DNA of 47,547 nt, taken from contig JAPKEZ010000001.1 in assembly GCA_028821845.1 (NCBI GenBank), positions 1 through 47,547 on the forward strand. Direction: 5' to 3'. A program made the translations under genes and the position numbers. The stretch comes from Planctomycetota bacterium (lineage in GTDB: Bacteria > Planctomycetota > UBA1135). The notes beneath the pieces were generated by a model. It worked only from the letters and a program-made list of their open reading frames with translations. It had not been told where the DNA came from and made no database searches. Below are positions 19,319 to 30,217 of this stretch, in pieces; the first letter of the stretch is position 1, and each line of letters opens with the position of its first letter.

Positions 19319-20773
19319 TTACTGACAGCGAAAACAAAGTTGTGGATCTTTCACCGCCTTCGCTTCGTCAACACGTGACACCGGCATGTTGCGCGGCGCC
19401 TGGTGCAAGAAGTCTTCTCCGGCAGCGGCTTCTTTGGCTACTTGAATGAGCGCTTCAATAAACGCATCAAGGGTTTCCTTTGATTCCGTTTCGGTAGGCT
19501 CAATCATGATCGCTTCAGCAACAACCAGCGGGAAGTAGACGGTCGGTGGGTGGTAGCCCAATTCGATTAGACGTTTGGCGATATCTATAGTGTGAATACC
19601 AGCCTCGCGCATTTCTTTAGTCGGGCGTGCTACAAACTCGTGCATACAAATACGGTCGAATGGCACGCGCCAATGATCGCTAACTTTTACACGAATGTAA
19701 TTTGCATTTAGCACCGCATTTTCAGCAACGCGCTTAATGCCTTCAGCACCCAAACGTTTCATGTAAGCATAAGCGCGTACCAACACCAAGAAGTTGCCAT
19801 GGAAACCACGGACGCGACCGATGCTTGATTCGGGTGTGCTTAGCTCAAAGCCATTCTCGCCTTGTATAACTGATGGAGTAGGTAAGTACTTAGTGAGTTC
19901 TTCAGTAACACAAATCGGTCCAGAGCCTGGTCCGCCGCCTCCGTGCGGAGTACTGAATGTTTTGTGTAAGTTAAGGTGCATCATGTCGATGCCAAAATCA
20001 CCAGGGCGGGTAATGCCCATGATGGCGTTGAAGTTGGCGCCGTCCATATAAACTTTGCCGCCGGCTTCGTGAACTAAGCCACAAATTTTGACGACATCTT
20101 CTTCGAACAAGCCTAGCGTGCTTGGGTTAGTAATCATCATACCAGCCGTGTCGTCACCAAGGTGTTCAACCAAGTCGCTGACCGCGCATAATCCGCGATC
20201 GTTTGACTTGACGGTAACCACATCGAAACCTGCAAGCGTACATGACGCCGGGTTGGTGCCGTGCGCGCTATCCGGAATCAAAATCTTGCGCCGCTGGTTT
20301 TGCCCTTGGTCATCTAGCCAAGCGCGCAATACCATCAACGCTGTAAGCTCGCCATGCGCGCCTGCAGCAGGATGTAAAGTCACACCTGGTAAGCCAGTAG
20401 CTTCGCCTAAGTCGGCAGCCAAATTATGCATCAATTCGAGCGCACCTTGAACAGTGTCATCGTCTTGATAAGGATGCAAGTTGTACCACTGTGGGTCAGC
20501 GGCAATTCTTTCGTTAACCACAGGGTTGTACTTCATAGTGCATGAACCAAGTGGGTAGAAATTAGTAGAGATCGCGTAGTTCTTTTGACTTAAACGCGTG
20601 AAGTGACGAATCAAATCTAGTTCGCCTAATTCAGGCAAAGCCGGAGCTTTCTCGCGCACCATATGTGCCGGCAGGTCGGCAGTCGCAACGCCGCGGTCTG
20701 CACCAGGTGTCTGCCAATTGCGGCGACCTGGACGTGATTCTTCAAAGAGCAATTGAACAGGGGCTAAGTACAT
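19319..20773 (-). CDS. gcvPB: glycine dehydrogenase (decarboxylating) subunit 2
   Basis: Typical P-protein beta subunit sequence, with the PLP-Lys region NLHKTFSTPHGGGGPG. The start overlaps the gcvPA stop (TAATG). Confidence 0.95.
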   Translation of the reverse strand: MYLAPVQLLFEESRPGRRNWQTPGADRGVATADLPAHMVREKAPALPELGELDLIRHFTRLSQKNYAISTNFYPLGSCTMKYNPVVNERIAADPQWYNLHPYQDDDTVQGALELMHNLAADLGEATGLPGVTLHPAAGAHGELTALMVLRAWLDDQGQNQRRKILIPDSAHGTNPASCTLAGFDVVTVKSNDRGLCAVSDLVEHLGDDTAGMMITNPSTLGLFEEDVVKICGLVHEAGGKVYMDGANFNAIMGITRPGDFGIDMMHLNLHKTFSTPHGGGGPGSGPICVTEELTKYLPTPSVIQGENGFELSTPESSIGRVRGFHGNFLVLVRAYAYMKRLGAEGIKRVAENAVLNANYIRVKVSDHWRVPFDRICMHEFVARPTKEMREAGIHTIDIAKRLIELGYHPPTVYFPLVVAEAIMIEPTETESKETLDAFIEALIQVAKEAAAGEDFLHQAPRNMPVSRVDEAKAVKDPQLCFRCQ

Positions 20774-22122
20774 TACGCGACCTCCGGAATAAATGTTTGC
20801 CTGGCAATAGTGCTAAGCGCAATTAAATCTTCTGGCATGGTCCTCTCGGTGCAAGCCAAAGTGAAGCAGCCATCCATGTCGTCGTACCATGCAGACATCG
20901 CCAACACACCTTGCACGCCTTGTGCCCTTAGGTTTTGTTTAAACAGCGCAACCATTTCATCGTTATCCACCTGGAAACAAACCTCGTTGAAGAAGTGTTG
21001 GTCAGGGAAAGCACGACGAATGCCGGCTAAGTCAAGCAACTCAACCATTTCTAGAGCGCGTTGACGAGAAACACAAGCAACTTCCTCAAGACCCTGCGGG
21101 CCTAAAGCAGCCATGTGGATGCATCCGCGTAAGGCGATCAAAGCGTTGTTAGTGCAAATGTTTGACGTAGCTTTTTCGCGACGGATATGTTGCTCGCGTG
21201 TTTGAAAGGTAAGCGTGAAAGCACGGCGCCCTTCGGTGTCATTTGAAATGCCGACTAGGCGACCTGGCAATTTACGTACGGATTTTTGCTGAGCCGCGAA
21301 GAAGCCGAATGACGGTCCACCGAATGCCATTGGTACGCCAAGTGATTGTCCGTCGCCGACTACGATGTCGATACCTTGTTTGCCTGGTGAGGCCAAGATG
21401 CCTGTAGCAACAGGATATAGTGAAGCAACTGAAAGAGCTTTTACCTCTTTTGCTGCTTCAGCAACTGCCGCAATGTCTTCGATGTTGCCGAAGAAGTTTG
21501 GCTGCTGCACCATGACCGCTGCAGTCTTGTCGTCGATTAAGCCGCTGAAATCTGTCACACCATCTACTATTGGCGCTTCAACCATTTCGGCGTCGATGTG
21601 CTTAAGGTAAGTATGAATGGTTTCGCGAGTTTCAGGATGCATTGCCGCCGATACTATAACTTTTTTGCGGCGTGTTTGACTCATCGCCATCATGGCAGCT
21701 TCAGCGGCTGCAGAGGCGCCGTCGTACATCGATGCGTTAGCTATTTCGCAACCGCATAGCTCGGCAATCATCGACTGGAATTCGTAGATTGCTTGTAGCG
21801 TACCTTGCGAACACTCGGGCTGGTAAGGAGTATAAGCTGTTAAGAACTCGCTACGTGACATTAAGTGATCAACAGTAGTTGGCCACGAGTGGTCGTAAAT
21901 GCCACCGCCAAGAAAATTCACACCAGCGGAAGCTTGATTGCCGCTAGAGAGTTCTTGCATGTGACGCATCAGCTGGTCTTCGGAAAGACCAGCGCTTAAG
22001 TTGAGGCTTTCGTTAAGACGAACTTCTTCGGGGATGGATGTAAATAAATCAGCGATTGACTTGACGCCAACAGCTGCCAACATCTCACTTCTATCGGCAT
22101 CAGAATTTTGAATGTATGGCAT
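20773..22122 (-). CDS. gcvPA: glycine dehydrogenase (decarboxylating) subunit 1
   Basis: Typical P-protein alpha subunit (TAYTPYQPE.SQG.LQ..YE.Q). Lies directly downstream of gcvH. Confidence 0.95.
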   Translation of the reverse strand: MPYIQNSDADRSEMLAAVGVKSIADLFTSIPEEVRLNESLNLSAGLSEDQLMRHMQELSSGNQASAGVNFLGGGIYDHSWPTTVDHLMSRSEFLTAYTPYQPECSQGTLQAIYEFQSMIAELCGCEIANASMYDGASAAAEAAMMAMSQTRRKKVIVSAAMHPETRETIHTYLKHIDAEMVEAPIVDGVTDFSGLIDDKTAAVMVQQPNFFGNIEDIAAVAEAAKEVKALSVASLYPVATGILASPGKQGIDIVVGDGQSLGVPMAFGGPSFGFFAAQQKSVRKLPGRLVGISNDTEGRRAFTLTFQTREQHIRREKATSNICTNNALIALRGCIHMAALGPQGLEEVACVSRQRALEMVELLDLAGIRRAFPDQHFFNEVCFQVDNDEMVALFKQNLRAQGVQGVLAMSAWYDDMDGCFTLACTERTMPEDLIALSTIARQTFIPEVA

Positions 22123-22127
22123 GACTC

Positions 22128-22508
22128 TTAACTTTGTGAGCTAACTAATTCTTCGTAAGCGGCTAGATCAAGCATCCCGTCGAGGTTATCGCCTTCGATT
22201 TTAACTTTCATTAACCATCCACTTTCGAATGGATTGTTTTGTAAATCTTCGAGGTTGTCGCACAATCCAGAATTGACTTCGAGAACTTCACCAACAACTG
22301 GGCAGTTGAGGTCCGACACAGCCTTTACAGATTCAACTTCACCGAATGCTTCTCCAGCAATAAAAGTTGCACCAGCTTCTGGAAGGTCAAGGTAAACAAG
22401 TTCACCAAGTTGCTCGACAGCAAAATCGGAAATGCCAACAGTTACAATGTTGCCATCAATTTTAGCCCACTCGTGTGAGTCTAGGTAAGAACGATCGTTA
22501 GGACGCAT
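22128..22508 (-). CDS. gcvH: glycine cleavage system H protein
   Basis: Lipoyl-lysine motif VESVKAVSD. I place the start at ATG 22508 (MRPNDRSYLDSHEWAK...). The track's 17-codon upstream extension would overlap gcvT and has no homologous content. Confidence 0.92.
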   Translation of the reverse strand: MRPNDRSYLDSHEWAKIDGNIVTVGISDFAVEQLGELVYLDLPEAGATFIAGEAFGEVESVKAVSDLNCPVVGEVLEVNSGLCDNLEDLQNNPFESGWLMKVKIEGDNLDGMLDLAAYEELVSSQS

Positions 22509-22516
22509 AGTATTAA

Positions 22517-23602
22517 TTAGTCGCGAGAGCGATGAGGAACAAAAGGCAAGTCGACACAATTGGCCGCATGAGGTTTGCCTCGGAAATCGATGCTGAATTC
22601 ACCATCGACGTTTTTAGGGACATAAGCCGTAGCGATAGGCTTGCCAAGTGCTACGGACATTGCACCACTACAAATGGTGCCTACAATTTCTCCGTCACAA
22701 AGTACGTTATAGCCTTCACGCGGAATTCGCTTCTCGCATGTGAAGCCAATAAGATGTTTGTCTGGTTCCGGCAGGGCGCGGAGAGCGTCGCCACCGATGA
22801 AGTCGCGGGTTTTCCATCCGCGTACACCGAAGCGCAAGCCGGCATCAAACGGAGTGATGCTTTCATGGATTTCGTGGCCATAAAGAGGCAATGCTGCTTC
22901 GAGGCGTAAAATATCGCGAGAACCAAGGCCAACAGGTGTGACGTCGAGGCTCATAAGAGCCATCCATAGTGGTACTATTTGCTCGGCGCTAGGAAACAAC
23001 TCATAGCCATGCTCTCCGGTATAGCCAGTGCGTGCAAAGAATAAGGTGCCGAAGTCCGTTTCTATTTCGCCGAGACCTAAGAAAGCCGGAGCAAAGTTGT
23101 CGTCACCACTAAGCTGGCGCAACACGTTTAAGGATTCAGGACCCTGCAAAGCGAGGATGCCGCCGCCGTCTTCAGTTAGGTCGCTACACTCAACACCATT
23201 GAGACGCTCGGTAAGTAAATCCCAGTCACGATCGCGGTTGGACGCGTTCACGACTAACATAAACTCGTCGTCAGCTAAACGGTAAGTGAGTAAGTCATCG
23301 AGGATGCCGGCATCGTCTTGCAACAACATGGTGTAGCGCGCCACACCTACTAGTTGATCAGTGATACATCCGCCGAGCGCATAATCTAATTTATTGGCTA
23401 CATCTTCACCGCGAAAAACAAATCGTGCCATGTGCGATACATCAAACACGCCTGATCCTTCACGAACAGCCTTCGCTTCGTTAAGGATTGAACCGTAATC
23501 AACAGGCATTGACCAACCTGCAAACGGGACAATTTTGCCACCGAGGTCTATGTGTTGTTGATGAAGTGGGGTAGAAAGTAGTTGGGATGTAGTTGTAGAC
23601 AT
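22517..23602 (-). CDS. gcvT: glycine cleavage system aminomethyltransferase T protein
   Basis: Typical GcvT sequence (TPLH..H...G.K.V.FAGW.MP..Y). I place the start at ATG 23602 (MSTTTSQ...). The track's TTG at 23617 lies inside the terminator hairpin. Confidence 0.93.
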   Translation of the reverse strand: MSTTTSQLLSTPLHQQHIDLGGKIVPFAGWSMPVDYGSILNEAKAVREGSGVFDVSHMARFVFRGEDVANKLDYALGGCITDQLVGVARYTMLLQDDAGILDDLLTYRLADDEFMLVVNASNRDRDWDLLTERLNGVECSDLTEDGGGILALQGPESLNVLRQLSGDDNFAPAFLGLGEIETDFGTLFFARTGYTGEHGYELFPSAEQIVPLWMALMSLDVTPVGLGSRDILRLEAALPLYGHEIHESITPFDAGLRFGVRGWKTRDFIGGDALRALPEPDKHLIGFTCEKRIPREGYNVLCDGEIVGTICSGAMSVALGKPIATAYVPKNVDGEFSIDFRGKPHAANCVDLPFVPHRSRD

Positions 23603-23629
23603 AAAAAAAGGCGCCAATTCTTTGGCGCC
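23603..23629 (-). terminator. intrinsic terminator forming the expression platform of the glycine riboswitch
   Basis: On the minus strand: GGCGCC-aaagaatt-GGCGCC followed by TTTTTTT, which runs directly into the gcvT ATG. Confidence 0.75.
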
Positions 23630-23663
23630 TGTAAGTTTTTTTGGGAACTGTCAGGGTTCGTCG

Positions 23664-23747
23664 AGCAGTAGTCCTTTGTACCTGAGAGTTTGGTTGCTGT
23701 TGCAACTTGCCCCTTCGGTGTCATGTAAAATGAACTCTCCTATTGCT
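23664..23747 (-). promoter_or_regulatory. glycine riboswitch aptamer (single aptamer)
   Basis: Minus-strand read: agcaataGGAGAGttcattttacatgaCACCGAAGGGGCAAgttgcaacagcaaccaaaCTCTCAGGtacaAAGGACtactgct. The conserved GGAGAG, CACCGAAGGGGCAA and CUCUCAGG..AAGGAC blocks are all present. P1 is agcaata/tactgct and the P3 hairpin is GTTGC-aaca-GCAAC. Its location upstream of gcvT is canonical. Confidence 0.88.
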
Positions 23748-23762
23748 GTCTTCCGAGGTGGT

Positions 23763-23791
23763 ATTTTCGCAATTTCTTAACGATTAGTCAA
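23763..23791 (-). promoter_or_regulatory. putative sigma70-type promoter for the riboswitch-gcv transcript
   Basis: Minus strand: TTGACT (-35; 23786-23791), 17-nt spacer, GAAAAT (-10; 23763-23768). This puts the TSS about 10 nt before aptamer stem P1. Confidence 0.45.
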
Positions 23792-23794
23792 GTA

Positions 23795-23823
23795 TTGACG
23801 GCAGCTAATGGCGCGCTTACAAT
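23795..23823 (+). promoter_or_regulatory. putative sigma70-type promoter for rpmB
   Basis: TTGACG (23795-23800), 17-nt spacer, TACAAT (23818-23823), about 30 nt upstream of the rpmB ATG. AAGAGG Shine-Dalgarno at 23841-23846. Confidence 0.55.
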
Positions 23824-23854
23824 GCTTGACCCTTCTAACAAAGAGGTACTAATA

Positions 23855-24163
23855 ATGGCAAGAACATGTGAAGTTTCAGGTAAGCGCACGAGAGTAGGTA
23901 AGTCTATTGCTCGACGTGGTTTACCGAAGAAAAAAGGTGGCGTTGGTCTCAAGACTACCGGCCATACTAAGCGGACATTTAAATCAAATGTGCAAAAGGT
24001 GCGAGTGCTACTGCCTAACGGCACAGTACGTCGTATGCACTTGGCCACATCTGTAATAAAGAAAGGTGAAATCACCGTTAAGATCGACGGTCGTATGCAG
24101 AAAATCCCACTGGTAAAAGCTCTTCGTGGTCGCCATCGTGACTACATGGCGGCAAACGCTTAA
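23855..24163 (+). CDS. rpmB: 50S ribosomal protein L28 (long form, 102 aa)
   Basis: MARTCEVSGKR..VG....H..KRTFK.N.Q.V matches the L28 N-terminus. ATG at 23855 has a good SD, and the track's upstream extension is unsupported. It carries an internal basic insertion and a C-terminal extension relative to the 78-aa E. coli protein (from memory). Confidence 0.85.
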   Translation: MARTCEVSGKRTRVGKSIARRGLPKKKGGVGLKTTGHTKRTFKSNVQKVRVLLPNGTVRRMHLATSVIKKGEITVKIDGRMQKIPLVKALRGRHRDYMAANA

Positions 24164-24178
24164 TAAATTTCTTTTCGT

Positions 24179-24230
24179 AATTCTCTCGAAAACATCAAAA
24201 TAATGATTGTTTTCGAGAGAATTTCTATTT
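24179..24230 (+). terminator. terminator hairpin after rpmB
   Basis: Perfect 16-bp inverted repeat AATTCTCTCGAAAACA / TGTTTTCGAGAGAATT (24179-24194 / 24208-24223) with a 13-nt loop, followed by a T-rich TCTATTT. Confidence 0.7.
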
Positions 24231-24365
24231 AATCTGTCGATGTGAGTAATTCAGCGACTAGATGTTGTATGTGAAAACATAAAACAAAAGTTGTTGCTCT
24301 CCATCGGCATCTCGTTCTTAAGCCAGCGAGTTTGCTGTTTCTAAGGATCCTGAATCGGAGTCAAA

Positions 24366-24707
24366 ATGGCTGCAAGAAAAAAAACAACTAAAAAGAAAGC
24401 TGCTAAAAAGAAAGCTGCTAAAAAGAAGCCTGCCAAGAAAAAGGTAGCAAAAAAGAAGCCTGCGAAAAAGAAGGCCAAGAAAAAGGTAGCGAAAAAGAAA
24501 GCTGCTAAAAAGAAGCCTGCGAAAAAGAAGGCCAAGAAGAAAGTAGCTAAGAAGAAGCCTGCGAAAAAGAAGGCCAAGAAGAAAGTAGCTAAGAAGAAAG
24601 CTGCTAAAAAGAAGCCTGCGAAAAAGAAGGCCAAGAAGAAAGTAGCTAAGAAGAAAGTAGCTAAGAAGAAAGCTGCCAAGAAGAAAGTCGTCCGCAAGAA
24701 AAAGTAG
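24366..24707 (+). CDS. Lys/Ala/Pro-rich histone H1-like basic protein (113 aa, AKKKPAKKK repeats)
   Basis: GGAG 7 nt upstream of the ATG. The composition is almost exclusively K, A, P and V in KKPAKKKAKKKVAKKKAA units. It resembles bacterial H1-like/AlgP/Hc1-type nucleoid proteins. Confidence 0.75.
   Translation: MAARKKTTKKKAAKKKAAKKKPAKKKVAKKKPAKKKAKKKVAKKKAAKKKPAKKKAKKKVAKKKPAKKKAKKKVAKKKAAKKKPAKKKAKKKVAKKKVAKKKAAKKKVVRKKK
24455..24649 (+). repeat. imperfect in-frame tandem repeats inside the H1-like gene
   Basis: The core GAAGCCTGCGAAAAAGAAGGCCAAGAA starts at 24455, 24512, 24554 and 24611 (spacings 57, 42, 57 nt). The last three copies share an identical 39-mer GAAGCCTGCGAAAAAGAAGGCCAAGAAGAAAGTAGCTAA. 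Confidence 0.9.
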
Positions 24708-24805
24708 ACTAGACGCTTCTTAATAAAAACAGCCGGCTCTGGTTCGCTGGGGCTGGCAACTCTTCAGAAATAACCTCTCTCGAACTCCCAAACACCCTGA
24801 TAATC

Positions 24806-25084
24806 ATGAATAAGCGCGAATTAATTGAAGCTGTCTGTGCAGAACTAGAAACTACTAAGTCGGCCGCAGAAGAAACTGTAAACATCGTACTCCAAGCAAT
24901 AAAATGGGGCGTCGCATCCGACGACCAAGTATCTATTGCAGGATTCGGCACTTGGTCGAAGCGCAGCCGCGCTGCACGTACCGGTCGCAATCCTCAAACA
25001 GGCGAAACTATGCAAATTAAAGCAAGTAAGTCTGTTGGTTTCAAGCCCGCTAAGGCTTGGAAGGACTCAGTAAACGGCAAGTAA
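24806..25084 (+). CDS. hup: HU-family DNA-binding protein
   Basis: MNKRELIEAV...V.IAGFGTW..R.RAARTGRNPQTGE.M.I.AS..V.FKP. Classical HU/IHF fold signature, 92 aa. Confidence 0.93.
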   Translation: MNKRELIEAVCAELETTKSAAEETVNIVLQAIKWGVASDDQVSIAGFGTWSKRSRAARTGRNPQTGETMQIKASKSVGFKPAKAWKDSVNGK

Positions 25085-25102
25085 CTCTTTTCGTTTACCC
25101 TT

Positions 25103-25135
25103 AGCCTCGGTTCATGGCGAATCGGGGCTTTTTTT
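25103..25135 (+). terminator. rho-independent terminator after hup, overlapping the metG stop codon
   Basis: AGCCTCG-13 nt loop-CGGGGCT (one G.U pair) followed by a 7-T run (25129-25135). Confidence 0.65.
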
Positions 25136-26867
25136 ATTCACCACCCAGTTTGCCGATCTCGGCAACGATGGCATCGCTGTCAATTTTAGCAAAGAGAACT
25201 TCAGCAGTTCCCAGTTCGGTGCCCGCCGCAAGTACTTCAGTGACATCGTCTATGCCCCATGAGCTGCCGCTGCCGCTAGAAGCGTCGCCGAGCATTTCTG
25301 ACAGCTTTGCTGATGAGCGCGGGCAGAACGGTGAAAGGCGACGGCTTAATAAGTCTAAGTGAGCAATGCAGCGTTCGACCGCTTGTGCGCATAACATCTG
25401 CGTGGCTGGGTCATCGGACTTTATCTTTTTCCAGGGCTCTAGCTTATCAAAGAACTGGTTGAGTGCAGAACACCCAGCTATTAATGCTTGGGCTGCCTTG
25501 CGTAATTCGTGGTTTTCAATGAGTCCACCAATCTGTGCAAAACTTTCGCGAGATGCTGTCAAAAACTCGTCTTCGAGTACACCATCTACCTCTGGAATTT
25601 TATTATCGAACCTCTTATTGGCGAATTTCAAGACACGACTAGCTAAATTGCCAATCTTATCGGCCAGCAGTGAGTTGTTTGTTGACAGGAATTCGTTCCA
25701 GTTGAATTCACTATCGGATGTCTCTGGCGCTGACAACAACAAATGAAAGCGTGCTGCATCAGAGTTGTAGTTCTCGAAGAAACTTGCGTTATCGATATAC
25801 CAACCATCGGAAGTACTGAATTTCTTGCCTTGAAGATTGTAAAACTCGTTTGCTGGGACTGACCATGGTAAGACGAAATTCTTGCCACCCCAGGAATCGC
25901 CTTGGCCGAGTAACATGCTCGGGAAAACAACAGTATGGAAAGCGATATTGTCTTTTCCGATGAAGTGCACCAAACGAGTGTCGTCATTCTGCCACCAATC
26001 TTTCCATGCGTCTGGATTACCGTTGTTATGCGCCCATTCCATTGTGGCGCTCACGTAACCAATTGGCGCATCAAACCATACATACAGCACTTTCCCTCCA
26101 GCATCTTCGACGCTATCTGGCAATGGCACACCCCAAGGCAAGTCGCGCGTGATAGGACGGTCGTGCAGGTCACGCAACATCGCTTTTACATAGCCATCCA
26201 CATTAGACTTCCAGCCTTTGATTGGGTGTTCGGTGTGCGTAGCTGCGTACCAATCTTTCAATCCAGCCTTTTGCAAGGCAGGTAAGTCGATATACCAATG
26301 AGTGGTGTCTTTCAGAACTGGCTTTGAACCATCAATTAAACTTACCGGATTGCCTAATTCACGTGCGTCAACCCATGACCCACATTTAGGGCATTCGTCA
26401 CCGCGAGCTTTTTCAAAACTGCAGTCAGGACAAGTGCCCTGCAGATAACGGTCGGGTAGGAAGCGTAGACTCTCTTCAGAAAACCATTGCTGCTCTGTGC
26501 GCTTAATAATGAAATCATTGTCGAGCAGCACTTGAAAAAACTTTTGGCAGGCTTCTTTGTGAAATTCGCAACGCGCCGTCCCTGAGAAGATGTCGAAATT
26601 TATCGCAAAGCTATCAAATAAATCGCTAATCTCTTTGTGCCACTTGTCGACGTAATCACGATAGTCACTGCCTTCGGCCTCAGCTTTCATGGTGATAGCA
26701 ACTCCGTGTTCGTCGGTGCCGCAAACGTACAAAACGTTTTCCTCGCCTTTAGCCATTTTCAGGTAACGCACATAAACATCAGCGGGCAAATAAGCGCCTG
26801 CAATATGCCCAAAGTGAATCGGACCGTTAGCGTAAGGCAGGGCCGAAGTTACGAGGTAGCGTGTCAT
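25134..26867 (-). CDS. metG: methionine--tRNA ligase
   Basis: HIGH-type motif (PIHFGHIAG), zinc knuckle CPDC...CPKCG, and KMSKS-type motif KFSTS. Confidence 0.95.
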   Translation of the reverse strand: MTRYLVTSALPYANGPIHFGHIAGAYLPADVYVRYLKMAKGEENVLYVCGTDEHGVAITMKAEAEGSDYRDYVDKWHKEISDLFDSFAINFDIFSGTARCEFHKEACQKFFQVLLDNDFIIKRTEQQWFSEESLRFLPDRYLQGTCPDCSFEKARGDECPKCGSWVDARELGNPVSLIDGSKPVLKDTTHWYIDLPALQKAGLKDWYAATHTEHPIKGWKSNVDGYVKAMLRDLHDRPITRDLPWGVPLPDSVEDAGGKVLYVWFDAPIGYVSATMEWAHNNGNPDAWKDWWQNDDTRLVHFIGKDNIAFHTVVFPSMLLGQGDSWGGKNFVLPWSVPANEFYNLQGKKFSTSDGWYIDNASFFENYNSDAARFHLLLSAPETSDSEFNWNEFLSTNNSLLADKIGNLASRVLKFANKRFDNKIPEVDGVLEDEFLTASRESFAQIGGLIENHELRKAAQALIAGCSALNQFFDKLEPWKKIKSDDPATQMLCAQAVERCIAHLDLLSRRLSPFCPRSSAKLSEMLGDASSGSGSSWGIDDVTEVLAAGTELGTAEVLFAKIDSDAIVAEIGKLGGE

Positions 26868-27127
26868 TACTTACTTAGCTGTTCTACCTGCTGCTGCAAA
26901 TCGGTAATAAACTTATCGAGAGTAAGCGCTTCGCCATTGTCAAGGTTACTGGCGCACTTGTCACGCAGCATAATCAGATCTTCGATCACGCCATTTGCCA
27001 TTTGCGGGTTTGGATCTTGTTTCGGAGCGCCAGGAACTTCGATTAAACCGAGTGCGAAGAAGCCTTGCATGGCAATCTTCTGAACGAAAATACGGAAATC
27101 TCCGCTAGGGATTTGTTGGTCAGTCAT
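26867..27127 (-). CDS. DUF1844 domain-containing small protein
   Basis: 86 aa. The pattern FF.LGL......P..DP.....A...ID.L..L..K resembles DUF1844 (from memory). Its stop overlaps the metG start (TAATG). Confidence 0.6.
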   Translation of the reverse strand: MTDQQIPSGDFRIFVQKIAMQGFFALGLIEVPGAPKQDPNPQMANGVIEDLIMLRDKCASNLDNGEALTLDKFITDLQQQVEQLSK

Positions 27128-27129
27128 TA

Positions 27130-29496
<2,367 letters not shown>

Positions 29497-29500
<4 letters not shown>

Positions 29501-30150
29501 TGGCGGCGAGGCTTGACGCGTTGCAGTGCGTTTTCTTTGTTGATGCGATCGCTTTCTTCTTGGAAGAAATCTCCTCCGCTAGTATTACCAATCACTTGAA
29601 TAGAACGAGTGGTGTCATACATGACACGAATACTATCAGCCGACACATTAGTCACTTTATATAAATCTTCGTTTACGCTTGGTCCCCAGGCCAAGCTGTA
29701 GCTTTTGCTACCATTGCGAATAATAATCGATACGCTAGCGCCAGTATAACGCTTGATACCATCAGTGGCATCCTCGAAGAAGTCGCCATCGGTTAGCGCC
29801 TTAAGTAAAGCACCCATCTTCATATCTGGGATAACTTTGTAGACCGCGCTACTACGTTCCTGCTGATAGTAATCAGTTTGGGAGATATAGGACTCGTTGT
29901 AAAGTCCAATGGTCAAGCCAGAACGGTGATACTTGACAGTAATTTGAGTTGGAGTGGTTTCAGGGTATATACCCTCGCTTGCCATTTCGTTGATAAACTC
30001 TTGTTCTGCTTCAATCGCCGCCTTCTCGGAAGGTCTAATGGTAACCATTTCGGCAGGGTCTTGGCTTTGAGGCGCGATAGGAGTCTCTACTTGTTGAGGC
30101 TCACCCGCGCATGATGCTAAGGCTAAAAGTGCAATTATGAGGAATTTCAT
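29497..30150 (-). CDS. hypothetical lipoprotein
   Basis: ATG at 30150 gives MKFLIIALLALAS-C-AG, with lipobox LASC. The track start (TTG, 30174) is less likely. The stop overlaps the kdsB start (ATGA). Confidence 0.7.
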
Positions 30151-30217
30151 GTTGATGGTTGAATGGAGTAGCAACTATGCGACAATTATCTAGTACGCGG
30201 CCCGAACCCGCAATACC

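Noticed and set aside
22509-22559. N-terminal extensions given by the ORF track for gcvH (22509-22559), pyrG (28765-28836), rpmB (23795-23854), EF-G (38360-38398) and the Tex-like gene (40567-40611)
   Set aside because: In each case the conserved protein N-terminus begins at a downstream ATG. The extension would overlap the upstream gene, a promoter or a terminator stem.
24455-24649. Regularly spaced short repeats that could be mistaken for a CRISPR array or minisatellite
   Set aside because: The repeats are in frame within a coding sequence. They have no unique spacers of constant length and there are no cas genes nearby.
24341-24697. 118-aa minus-strand ORF made of FFLA/FFFAG repeats, which looks like a hydrophobic repeat protein
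   Set aside because: It is the exact antisense reading of the Lys/Ala-rich (AAG/AAA/GCT) repeat gene. The plus-strand ORF has a GGAG ribosome-binding site and a known protein class, so the antisense ORF is a compositional artefact.
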